Counted from the first letter of the stretch, positions 1 through 7,965 are shown. The stretch is 27,704 nucleotides of DNA from Gammaproteobacteria bacterium (GCA_042090165.1 JBELJV010000004.1:1-27704), one strand, 5' to 3'. The notes: generated from the letters alone by a model not told the origin. Numbers and translations are program-made.

Positions 1-433
1 GGTCGGGGTTATTTGTTGCTCCTAGACCAACATTGTGTGGGAAGATAGTTGCTCCGAGGACATTGCTATGACCATGAACAGCATCTGTGCCCCAAAGCAC
101 AGGTATGTTGGCCCCTCCTCTAGTTGTTGATACTTCATAAAATTCTTGGGCTAAGCTTTTCCACTCTTCAGGAGAGGCTCTTAGTTTCCCTCTCGGTGAA
201 GTATTACCTCCGTTTAAAATTCCCCCAAGAGGATAGTTTTTCAAGTCTGATGGACTAACAAAATCTAAGTCACCCATTATCACCTGACCCACTTTTTCCT
301 CTAAGGTCATTGTTTCCATTAATTCAGCAACAAACTGTTCATCGCCAACTGGACATTCATTTGCTCTAGTCCAATCAACAGTTTGAGCAGAAATAGTCAG
401 AGATAAGAATATTAAACTTATTATTCGTTGCAT
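1..433 (-). CDS. GH3 beta-glucosidase / exo-beta-glucanase, N-terminal part (runs off the window), with signal peptide
   Basis: Not in ORF track. Manual translation from ATG 433: MQRIISLIFLSLTISAQTVDW...MTLEEKVGQ...GGILNGGN...PVLWGTDAVHGHSNVLGATIFPHNVGLGATNNPD. TLEEKVGQ, WGTDAVHGH and FPHNVGLGA are typical GH3 N-terminal motifs. Starts 4 nt after the symporter stop. Confidence 0.92.
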   Translation of the reverse strand, partial: MQRIISLIFLSLTISAQTVDWTRANECPVGDEQFVAELMETMTLEEKVGQVIMGDLDFVSPSDLKNYPLGGILNGGNTSPRGKLRASPEEWKSLAQEFYEVSTTRGGANIPVLWGTDAVHGHSNVLGATIFPHNVGLGATNNPD

Positions 434-437
434 TTTT

Positions 438-2039
438 TTACCAATAAAAGCTGTAAATACCGCCTAATATTACCAAAATAGCTATTGATCCTGTATTAAA
501 TAATTTGGAGGTATTAAAATCTGCTCGGGTAAGATTAAATACCTTCTCATTAGTTGTTTGTGGAGATCTAAAATAGTTCACTAAAAATGCTGCCACAAAA
601 GATATGGCCATTTGATGCATAAATGGTTCAATGGCACTACCTGGATTATTTGCTACATATAGTTTCAAAATTACTCCCAATGCTAAGGCGACAAATGAGC
701 CTTCCAAAACAGATCTAGTTGTAGAGTTTTTAAGGAAAATAGCTGAGAGAAACACAAATAAAATTACTGGGCTAAATAAACCCATGTACTCCTGCACATA
801 CTGAAATGCTGAATCAAGGCTTCCCAAAAATATTGGCGCTACAATTACAGAAGTCACTAACCCAACAAATCCTGCAATCCTACCAATCTTTACAAGACTT
901 ACATCAGTAATATCTTGATCTTTTCGATAGATATCCATAGTAAAGATAGTGCTTACACTGTTTGAAAGAGATGCTAGCGATGAAACTATAGCTGCAACTA
1001 GCGCTGCAAAAGTAAGACCTTTTATCCCTTCTGGTAACAGATTTAACATTGAAGGATAAGCATTGCTTCTGTCTCCTGCCAGATTTATTGTTCCATTAGC
1101 TTCTAAAGCAACTGCTATCAAACCAGGTAATACAACCACGATTGGCATGAATATTTTTAAGAAGCCAGCAAACATCAATCCATTTTGAGCTTCATCTAAA
1201 CTCTTACCACCCAATGCTCGTTGAGTGATGTACTGATTTGTGCCCCAATAGTAAAAGTGAGCGATCCACATACCGCCAATAAGAACCCATATGCCAGGTA
1301 ATTTTATGTAATTAGCATACGCTTCTGGATCAACTTCTTTTGGAGCATAAGATAGAATTGCATCGAACTTTTCTGGGAATTCACTCTGAAGAATCATAAA
1401 ACCTTCAAATAATCCGTTACCTTCAGACAGTAAATCAAGACCTTTATAAGTGACAAACAAACCACCAAAGATTAGAAGAACAACTTGAATCACATCTGTA
1501 AACGCGACAGCTTTCAGTCCACCATATAGAGAGTATGCTAATGACAGACCACCCAACAGTATCATTGCTGGGATAAGTTCTAAGCCTGTCAGATTGTTTA
1601 CTGCTTTTGCGCCCAACCATAAGATAGTTGGCAAGATCACCATTACATACATAATGAGCATTAGCACTGCCAAAAGTGTGCTGACACTTCGATCATATCT
1701 TTGGGATAAAAGTTGTGGCATGGTGAAAACCTGCTGCTTTAGATAAACAGGTAATAAAAATTTTCCAACAACTATCAAAGCAACTGCAGCAGTCCATTCA
1801 TAAGTAGCTATTGCTATGCCCATTGCGTAAGCATCACCATTCATGCCAATTATTTGGTCTGCAGCAATATTGGCTGCTATGAGGGATGTTCCTATAGCCC
1901 ACCAAGGCAAAGACCTACCAGCTAGAAAATATTCTTCGGCGGTTTTCTTTTCCCCACTTTTTGTTTTTGAAACAAATGTAGCAATAGCAATCAAAACAAC
2001 TGCGTAAAGCCCAACAATTAAATAGTCCAAACTAGTCAT
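438..2039 (-). CDS. Sodium:solute symporter (SSS/SGLT-like sugar transporter)
   Basis: 533 aa, highly hydrophobic. YFLAGRSLPWW, ANIAADQ, YEW, YYWGTNQYITQR and AAIVSSLAS (Na2 site) resemble vSGLT. Confidence 0.93.
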   Translation of the reverse strand: MTSLDYLIVGLYAVVLIAIATFVSKTKSGEKKTAEEYFLAGRSLPWWAIGTSLIAANIAADQIIGMNGDAYAMGIAIATYEWTAAVALIVVGKFLLPVYLKQQVFTMPQLLSQRYDRSVSTLLAVLMLIMYVMVILPTILWLGAKAVNNLTGLELIPAMILLGGLSLAYSLYGGLKAVAFTDVIQVVLLIFGGLFVTYKGLDLLSEGNGLFEGFMILQSEFPEKFDAILSYAPKEVDPEAYANYIKLPGIWVLIGGMWIAHFYYWGTNQYITQRALGGKSLDEAQNGLMFAGFLKIFMPIVVVLPGLIAVALEANGTINLAGDRSNAYPSMLNLLPEGIKGLTFAALVAAIVSSLASLSNSVSTIFTMDIYRKDQDITDVSLVKIGRIAGFVGLVTSVIVAPIFLGSLDSAFQYVQEYMGLFSPVILFVFLSAIFLKNSTTRSVLEGSFVALALGVILKLYVANNPGSAIEPFMHQMAISFVAAFLVNYFRSPQTTNEKVFNLTRADFNTSKLFNTGSIAILVILGGIYSFYW

Positions 2040-2961
2040 GCACTCTCCTTAATTTTGAATAGTTTAAGTTTCCATACAATGGAGTATGTTCTTTGTGAAT
2101 CACGTACAAAGGTATCCTTTCCAATATATCTGAATGTGCATTTGACGGATGGTTTTTAAAACTTTTTTCCATAAGCTCAATGCAGCTCATTTTTGTTAAG
2201 CTTCGCATTAGACTACCAGCAAAATAAACTCCTCCTGTGGCCATAAAGGATAACGAAAGATCAGCTAAAATAGTTGAGAAAGAAATTACAAAAGTATCAA
2301 CAATTTCCTTTGAGTATTTGTCACTATCATAACTAGATAATATTTCTTCAGCAGTTTTTTGTCCGCCAGTTCTGGATTTGTAGATTTTTCTTAGGCCCGT
2401 GCCAGAGATGTAATCCTCTAATACCTTGAAATCCTCGGTACTAGTGATCTTAAAAGCATCAGCTAAATAAGGGTTGCGTGAACGCGTGTTGCCAAGTTCT
2501 GTTGCATGAATGTGCGGTTTTCCATCTACATAAGTTAATAATGAAAAGCCAAGGCCTGTACCAGGACCAATAGCAATTGAGGTTTGGCAACTTCTGATAT
2601 CACCATCTTTTACGGTTGAAATATCCTCATTGGTCATGAGTGGAAGTGAGTAGCCGATAGATTCCCAATCATTTAACAAGAAGCAGTTTTTGATTTTGAG
2701 CTCATTTGCTAACAGATCACCATCTAAGTCTAAACTTCTATTAGTCATGCTAATTTTATTATCTATTCTTGGGCCTGCAGCAGAGAAAATGATCTCACTG
2801 ATATTGTTATCATTGATAGAGTTATTTACGACCTTAAAGATATCCTCATTTGAGTTGACTCTTACTTTTGAAACATCTCTGATAGTTAGATTTTCATCAT
2901 TTCCGTACCCGACTCTTAGGTTTGTTCCACCTAAATCAAGCAAAAGTTTTTCTGATCTCAA
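2032..2961 (-). CDS. glk: Glucokinase (Glk family)
   Basis: DLGGTNLR phosphate loop, LLNDW, GPGTGLG, ISGTGL, GGVYFAGS. TTG start preceded by GGGG. Overlaps the symporter start by 8 nt. Confidence 0.88.
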   Translation of the reverse strand: MRSEKLLLDLGGTNLRVGYGNDENLTIRDVSKVRVNSNEDIFKVVNNSINDNNISEIIFSAAGPRIDNKISMTNRSLDLDGDLLANELKIKNCFLLNDWESIGYSLPLMTNEDISTVKDGDIRSCQTSIAIGPGTGLGFSLLTYVDGKPHIHATELGNTRSRNPYLADAFKITSTEDFKVLEDYISGTGLRKIYKSRTGGQKTAEEILSSYDSDKYSKEIVDTFVISFSTILADLSLSFMATGGVYFAGSLMRSLTKMSCIELMEKSFKNHPSNAHSDILERIPLYVIHKEHTPLYGNLNYSKLRRVHD

Positions 2962-2986
2962 AGTTTCCCCGCGATGTGTATAAATA

Positions 2987-2992
2987 ATTATA
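2987..2992 (-). promoter_or_regulatory. Candidate -10 box (TATAAT) for the glk-SSS-GH3 operon
   Basis: Perfect TATAAT on the minus strand 25 nt upstream of the glk TTG. No convincing -35. Confidence 0.5.
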
Positions 2993-3020
2993 GCTTGTAT
3001 AAAACTTTTTTTTAATTGAA

Positions 3021-3036
3021 AAAGACGATAGTCTTT
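3021..3036. promoter_or_regulatory. Palindrome AAAGAC-N4-GTCTTT in the glk/GH13 divergent spacer (candidate operator)
   Basis: Perfect 6-bp arms with a 4-nt spacer between two divergent sugar genes. Confidence 0.4.
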
Positions 3037-3048
3037 ACTTTATTGCAT

Positions 3049-4398
3049 ATGAACGATTGGAAGAACAAAACCATATACCAAATATATCCACGAAGTTTTT
3101 TTGATTCCTCCAATTCTGGAGTTGGTGACCTAAAAGGAATCACTTCAAAAGTTAAATACATAAGAGATCTTGGGGTTGATTATGTATGGATATCTCCCTT
3201 TTTTAAATCACCTCAAAAAGATTTTGGCTACGATATTTCAGACTATAGAAAAGTAGATGATATTTTTGGAAGCAATCACGACTTTTATAAATTGCTTGAA
3301 GTTTTTCATAAAAATGGTTTGAAAGTTATTACAGATTTAGTGTTAAGCCACACATCTGATGAACATCCATGGTTTGTTGAAAGCCAACAAAGCCAAAATT
3401 CAAAATACAGTGATTGGTATGTATGGGCTGATGGCCAAGAAGGCAGTCCACCAAATAATTGGTTATCAGTTTTTGGTGGAAGTGCTTGGCAATGGTGCAA
3501 GCATAGGAACCAATTTTATTTACATAATTTTTTAAGATCTCAAGCAGATCTAAATTTTCATAACACAGAAGTGCAAGCACAAATGCTGGATGAAATTAAA
3601 TTTTGGCTAGACGCTGGTGTGGATGGCTTTAGATTTGATGTAATTAATTTTCTATTTCATGATCATGAATTACGCGATAACCCTCCCAAAGACCCAAAGT
3701 TAGTTAGACCGCTTGGTTTCAATAAAGACAATCCCTATGGACTGCAAGAACATATTTATGACAATACAAGACCGGAAATGCTTCCTTACTTAGAGAAAAT
3801 TAGACGACTTCTTGATGAATATGATGCTATCTCACTTGGTGAAATTGTAGCTGAACACCCATTTTCAACCATCGGAGAATACTCAAATGAACGAAGGCTG
3901 CATATGGCATACTGTTTTGAGTTTCTGTCCGATGAGTTTAATTATGATTCTGTTGATGAGGTTGTAGAAAATTTTCATAAAAAATATCCACAGAGTTGGC
4001 CTTGTTGGTCTTTTAGTAATCACGACTCGTCACGCATTGCTTCACGGATAGCTCGTGATCCAAAAGAACTTATGGCTAAACTTCTGTCACTTAAAGGCAC
4101 TGTATGCATATATCAGGGTGAGGAATTAGGTCTAAAAGATACTGATATTGCCTTTGAAGATCTGCAAGATCCATTTGGTAAAAATTTTTGGCCTGACTTC
4201 AAAGGCAGAGATGGGTGTAGAACACCTATTCCTTGGGAAGATACCAAAATAAATTTTGGATTTTCAGAAGCAAAACCTTGGTTGCCCATGGATCCGTCGG
4301 CTAAAAACTTAACTGTAAACATTCAAGAACAAAAGAGTGATTCGATGCTTAATTTCACAAGACAAGTAATTGCTAAGAGAAAAGGTATCGCCACCTAA
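3049..4398 (+). CDS. GH13 alpha-glucosidase (oligo-1,6-glucosidase-like group), cytoplasmic, apparently lacking the C-terminal beta domain
   Basis: IYQIYPRSFFDS, QKDFGYDISDY, QADLN, GFRFD (nucleophile), GEIV (acid/base), SNHD, YQGEELG, RDGCRTP. ATG 3049 preferred over the track's TTG 3016 because homology begins at MNDW. Confidence 0.88.
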   Translation: MNDWKNKTIYQIYPRSFFDSSNSGVGDLKGITSKVKYIRDLGVDYVWISPFFKSPQKDFGYDISDYRKVDDIFGSNHDFYKLLEVFHKNGLKVITDLVLSHTSDEHPWFVESQQSQNSKYSDWYVWADGQEGSPPNNWLSVFGGSAWQWCKHRNQFYLHNFLRSQADLNFHNTEVQAQMLDEIKFWLDAGVDGFRFDVINFLFHDHELRDNPPKDPKLVRPLGFNKDNPYGLQEHIYDNTRPEMLPYLEKIRRLLDEYDAISLGEIVAEHPFSTIGEYSNERRLHMAYCFEFLSDEFNYDSVDEVVENFHKKYPQSWPCWSFSNHDSSRIASRIARDPKELMAKLLSLKGTVCIYQGEELGLKDTDIAFEDLQDPFGKNFWPDFKGRDGCRTPIPWEDTKINFGFSEAKPWLPMDPSAKNLTVNIQEQKSDSMLNFTRQVIAKRKGIAT

Positions 4399-4627
4399 CA
4401 GAATTACAGAATGGAAGTTGGGCCAGACATTCTGAGGTAAACAATGCAGATGGCGATATCAATTTTTTATTCTATTTCATTTTTTCAAAAAAACTAGTTT
4501 TTTCTTGTATATGTACGAGTTTTGTTAAACTTTTTATATTTTTTTTATTAAAAGCTATTTTTTTTATAGTTAAATTAATTAATTAGACTAATAAAAAAAA
4601 AATTTCTAATTGTCTATAATTCTGTTA
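4396..4627. repeat. AT-rich spacer bounded by 15-bp inverted repeats (14/15 identical)
   Basis: Left 4396-4410 TAACAGAATTACAGA. Right 4613-4627 reverse-complements to TAACAGAATTATAGA. Internal palindrome AAAAAACTAGTTTTTT at 4488-4503. Confidence 0.6.
4615..4620 (+). promoter_or_regulatory. -10 box TATAAT 6 nt before the thioesterase ATG (likely leaderless)
   Basis: TATAAT-tctgtt-ATG, no SD, upstream A-tract. Confidence 0.55.
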
Positions 4628-5052
4628 TGAGTATTTGGCACAACAATCAAAAATTTGATGACCTCTCAAAATTTTCAGTGAATCTAGATAAACATCTAGG
4701 TATTGAGTATCTTGAGATGGGCGATGATTACATAAAATCAAGAATGCCTGTTGATGAAAGAACAAAGCAACCTATGGGTTTGCTTCATGGTGGTGCATCT
4801 TGCGCATTGGCTGAGAGCACAGCAAGTATGGCTGCTTTTCTTTCCATAGATATGAGTGAAAAGGTTGCAGTGGGTTTGAGCCTGCATGCTAACCATCTTA
4901 AGTCTGTAACAGAAGGATATGTTTATGCAAAAGCGATGCCACTTCATATCGGTAGAACAACCTCTTTGTGGAATGTGGAAATCACTGATGATGATAACAA
5001 TATGGTTTGCCGAGTTACTTTTACTGCAATGTATAAAGGCATAAAAAAATGA
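4627..5052 (+). CDS. Hotdog-fold acyl-CoA thioesterase (PaaI/YdiI-MenI/EntH-like)
   Basis: 141 aa. QPMGLLHGGASCALAES, ANHLKS, HIGRTTSLW motifs. Confidence 0.88.
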   Translation: MSIWHNNQKFDDLSKFSVNLDKHLGIEYLEMGDDYIKSRMPVDERTKQPMGLLHGGASCALAESTASMAAFLSIDMSEKVAVGLSLHANHLKSVTEGYVYAKAMPLHIGRTTSLWNVEITDDDNNMVCRVTFTAMYKGIKK

Positions 5053-5801
5053 GAATTTTTGCCCTCCTCTTTTCATTGCTGTTTGTAAAATTCCTTGCTG
5101 CAGATTATCCAAGCAGGATTTTATTTATTGGGAACAGCTACCTCTATTACAACGACAGTTTGCATAATCACGTCAAAAGACTTCTTGAAGAAAAATATCC
5201 AAATATTGAACCAGAAATAAAATCAGCCACTATTGGAGGGTCTCGATTAAGTGACCATGCATTTTCCCATCTCATCAACCATGAAAATCACAGACTTGAT
5301 ATGCCATTTAACTACGTAGTTATGCAAGGTGGGAGTTATGAGGTGATCAACCAAGAAAATCAGAATCACTTTTGGCAAACTGTAAAAAAGAATGCCGAAC
5401 TTGCTCAAGCCAATGATATTGAGACAGCACTTTACATGACACATGCTTACCTAGCTATCGATGAGCGATATGAACCAAACTTAATTGAAAAAATTAAAGC
5501 TACCTATTATCAAGCAGGCAAGCTTTCAAATTCCAGAGTGATACCTGTGGGTATTGCTTATGAACTTGCTTATGAGAAAGACCCTAAAATTAAACTACAT
5601 CATCCAGATGGAACACATCCAAGCATGTTGGGAACTTACTTGGGAGCCTGTGTAGTTTTTGCGACTTTAACTGACTCTAATCCAGTTGGCCTTTACTATA
5701 ATTACCTTGATAAGGTGTCCGACAAAGATAGGATTTTCCTCCAACAAATAGCGTGGGCAGCTTATTTGGAAAATAAAAAAATAATCCAAGAAGTGGACTA
5801 A
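5049..5801 (+). CDS. Secreted SGNH/GDSL-like hydrolase (DUF4886-like)
   Basis: Signal peptide, ILFIGNSY (block I Ser), VVMQG, DGTHPS (Asp-x-x-His). ATGA overlap with the thioesterase stop. Confidence 0.75.
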   Translation: MRIFALLFSLLFVKFLAADYPSRILFIGNSYLYYNDSLHNHVKRLLEEKYPNIEPEIKSATIGGSRLSDHAFSHLINHENHRLDMPFNYVVMQGGSYEVINQENQNHFWQTVKKNAELAQANDIETALYMTHAYLAIDERYEPNLIEKIKATYYQAGKLSNSRVIPVGIAYELAYEKDPKIKLHHPDGTHPSMLGTYLGACVVFATLTDSNPVGLYYNYLDKVSDKDRIFLQQIAWAAYLENKKIIQEVD

Positions 5802-6277
5802 GAATTATTTTTCAAATGAAGTATTTGGAAAAATACTGTTATTAAATAAATTAAAAAGAAAATTCCAAAGGAAACTAACAGAATTGGGTCAAATATTGAG
5901 TTTGCGATCGGTTGGCTTGGCGGAACCCTTGTAAAAACTTCTGAAATACCAGGAATTAAATGACACAGCATTGTCCCTGTGTAACAAATGGCTTGAAAAT
6001 ACTTAGAGAGGTCAAACAATTCTTCATGCTCAAATAGAAAGCCGAGAAAAACACCTAAAAGCGCAAAAACTCCCAGTAGATGTGCCAAATTAAATCCACC
6101 GTTATTGAAAATCATCAATGATGTAGCTGCTGTAATGATTGTCAGTATTAAATAAATTTTTCCAAGATTTGATTTAGAGCTAATGACACTAAATTTTGAG
6201 ATTAGATATATCCCTATAAAAATTGCTAACGTGCCTGCGATCGTATGAAACCATCCAACTATACTTAAGGAATACAT
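5798..6277 (-). CDS. Small multi-pass membrane protein, DUF2306-like
   Basis: 159 aa with about 5 hydrophobic segments. GWFHTIAG, LGKIY and AHLLG patterns. Confidence 0.6.
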   Translation of the reverse strand: MYSLSIVGWFHTIAGTLAIFIGIYLISKFSVISSKSNLGKIYLILTIITAATSLMIFNNGGFNLAHLLGVFALLGVFLGFLFEHEELFDLSKYFQAICYTGTMLCHLIPGISEVFTRVPPSQPIANSIFDPILLVSFGIFFLIYLITVFFQILHLKNNS

Positions 6278-6283
6278 GTGCGA

Positions 6284-6313
6284 AATCTAAACATGGATAT
6301 ATATAATTTTCAA
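6284..6313 (-). promoter_or_regulatory. Sigma70-like promoter TTGAAA-18-TAGATT, 6 nt before the ATG of the DUF2306-like gene
   Basis: -35 at 6313-6308, -10 at 6289-6284, ATG at 6277, no SD. Confidence 0.55.
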
Positions 6314-6321
6314 GAAAAGGC

Positions 6322-6349
6322 TTGCAATTTCAATTAAACAATATACAAC
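6322..6349 (+). promoter_or_regulatory. Weak candidate promoter TTGCAA-16-TACAAC, 7 nt before the rimK ATG
   Basis: Good -35, imperfect -10, no SD before ATG 6357. Confidence 0.35.
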
Positions 6350-6356
6350 GGTATCT

Positions 6357-7724
6357 ATGAATACAAACAATTATGTTGGATGGGAAGAATGGGTGAGTTT
6401 ACCAGAATTAAACCTACCTGCACTTATTGCAAAAACTGATACAGGTGCAGAAACTTCTGCATTACATGCATTTAATATTCAAGTATTTGGTAAGGAAAAT
6501 AACCAAATGGTGAGGTTTGGAATTAACCCTATAGAAAGCGATGAGCGATACTCTGTTTTTTGTTCAGCCAAGCTAATCGATCAAAGAAATGTGACCTCAT
6601 CCAACGGCATCACTGAGCTTAGGTACGTAATTGAAACAGAACTTGAGATCGGTGAAGTAAAAAGAAAGGTTCCAATTACACTTACAAATAGAGAAAACAT
6701 GAAATATAAAATGATTATTGGTAGAAGTGCCCTCGATGGATTTCAAATTTCCCCTGATAAAAGCTTCTTGCAAGATGAGCTATCTTTCGACTTTTATAAA
6801 AAAGCAAAAAACTACAACTACCGAAGAGCCCTTAGAATTGGTATTTTAAGCCTTGAACCCAATAATTACTCAAATCTTAAAATCATTGAAGCAGCAGAGA
6901 AAAATGGTCATTTTTGTGAAATTTTAAACACCAAACGTTGTTATTTAAATATCGAATATGATAATCCTGAAATTCACTATGATGGAAAGATTCTACCCCA
7001 TTACGACGTTATTATCCCTCGAATTGGCTCATCCATCACAAGATATGGAATGGCAGTTGTAAGGCAGTTTGAGGCAATTGGTACTTTTTGTTTAAATTCT
7101 TCGTCCTCAATTGGCATGTCAAGAGATAAGTTAGCCGCTCACCAAACTCTGGCGTTACATAAAATCCCAATGCCAGATACTGCATTTGCAAACTCTCCAA
7201 AAGATACTAAACATATCGTTGATATGACTACTGGAGCACCTTTGGTTGTAAAGCTACTTGAAAGCTCACAAGGCAAAGGGGTTATTCTAGCCGAAACAAA
7301 AAAAGCTGCATCAAGTGTAATTAGTGCTTTTCAAAAACTTCATGCACCATTTATTGTTCAAGACTTTGTTAAAGATTCAAATGGTGCAGACTTAAGATTA
7401 TTTGTGATTGGAGGTAAAGTAGTTGCAAGCATGATGAGATACGCTTCTGATGGAGATTTTAGGTCAAATTTACATGCAGGCGGATCAGCGTCCAAAGTTA
7501 AAATTACAAAAGAGGAAAGGCAAATAGCCAAACAAGCAGCAAAAGCTATGGGATTGAACATTGCTGGTGTTGATATTCTAAGATCTGATGAAGGTCCAAA
7601 AGTACTTGAAGTTAACAGCTCACCAGGGCTACAAGGCATTGAAAACGTCAATAAAATTAACATTGCAGGTAAAATTATTGATTACATTGAAAGACGATTA
7701 GGCCTTGCCAAAAAGCAAAGTTAA
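6357..7724 (+). CDS. rimK: RimB-like retropepsin-type protease domain fused to RimK ATP-grasp glutamate ligase
   Basis: N-terminal ~150 aa: VGWEEWV, AKTDTGAETSALHA, SSNG, MIIGR. C-terminal ~300 aa: IIPRIG, SRDKL, PLVVKLLESSQGKGV, FRSNLHAGG, GVDILRS, EVNSSPGL. Confidence 0.9.
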   Translation: MNTNNYVGWEEWVSLPELNLPALIAKTDTGAETSALHAFNIQVFGKENNQMVRFGINPIESDERYSVFCSAKLIDQRNVTSSNGITELRYVIETELEIGEVKRKVPITLTNRENMKYKMIIGRSALDGFQISPDKSFLQDELSFDFYKKAKNYNYRRALRIGILSLEPNNYSNLKIIEAAEKNGHFCEILNTKRCYLNIEYDNPEIHYDGKILPHYDVIIPRIGSSITRYGMAVVRQFEAIGTFCLNSSSSIGMSRDKLAAHQTLALHKIPMPDTAFANSPKDTKHIVDMTTGAPLVVKLLESSQGKGVILAETKKAASSVISAFQKLHAPFIVQDFVKDSNGADLRLFVIGGKVVASMMRYASDGDFRSNLHAGGSASKVKITKEERQIAKQAAKAMGLNIAGVDILRSDEGPKVLEVNSSPGLQGIENVNKINIAGKIIDYIERRLGLAKKQS

Positions 7725-7920
7725 ATTGGTTGAGCTACTGGCTCAAAACTGGAACCAGCTTATTCCCTATTTTAAGAAATTAGACTATTAATTTATTCTC
7801 TAGACTGAAAAACTTTATTTACTCTGCAAAAAGAGGTTTTTTACCCACTATATATCTTGATACATAAAAAATGTTTTTGTTTTTTCAAGAAGTTTATTAA
7901 AAGTTATGGAAAATAAAACA

Positions 7921-7949
7921 AAAAAAAAGGCCGGTAACCCGGCCTTTTT
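7921..7949 (-). terminator. Intrinsic terminator (probably bidirectional) downstream of TBDR1
   Basis: Stem GGCCGG 7929-7934 / CCGGCC 7939-7944, loop TAAC, long A-run on the left (U-tract on minus) and T5 on the right. Confidence 0.9.
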
Positions 7950-7965
7950 AAATAATATCAAACTA

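Noticed and set aside
3016-3048. TTG start of GH13 given by the ORF track
   Set aside because: The extra 11 codons have no family similarity and cover promoter-like sequence and the palindrome.
4399-4440. Possible read-through or frameshift continuation of GH13 (QNYRMEVGPDILR)
   Set aside because: Only 13 codons before another stop, with no recognisable domain C sequence.
7845-7860. NrdR-box-like CCACTATATATCTTGA
   Set aside because: Spacing is off by two bases, it is a single copy, and no ribonucleotide reductase gene is nearby.
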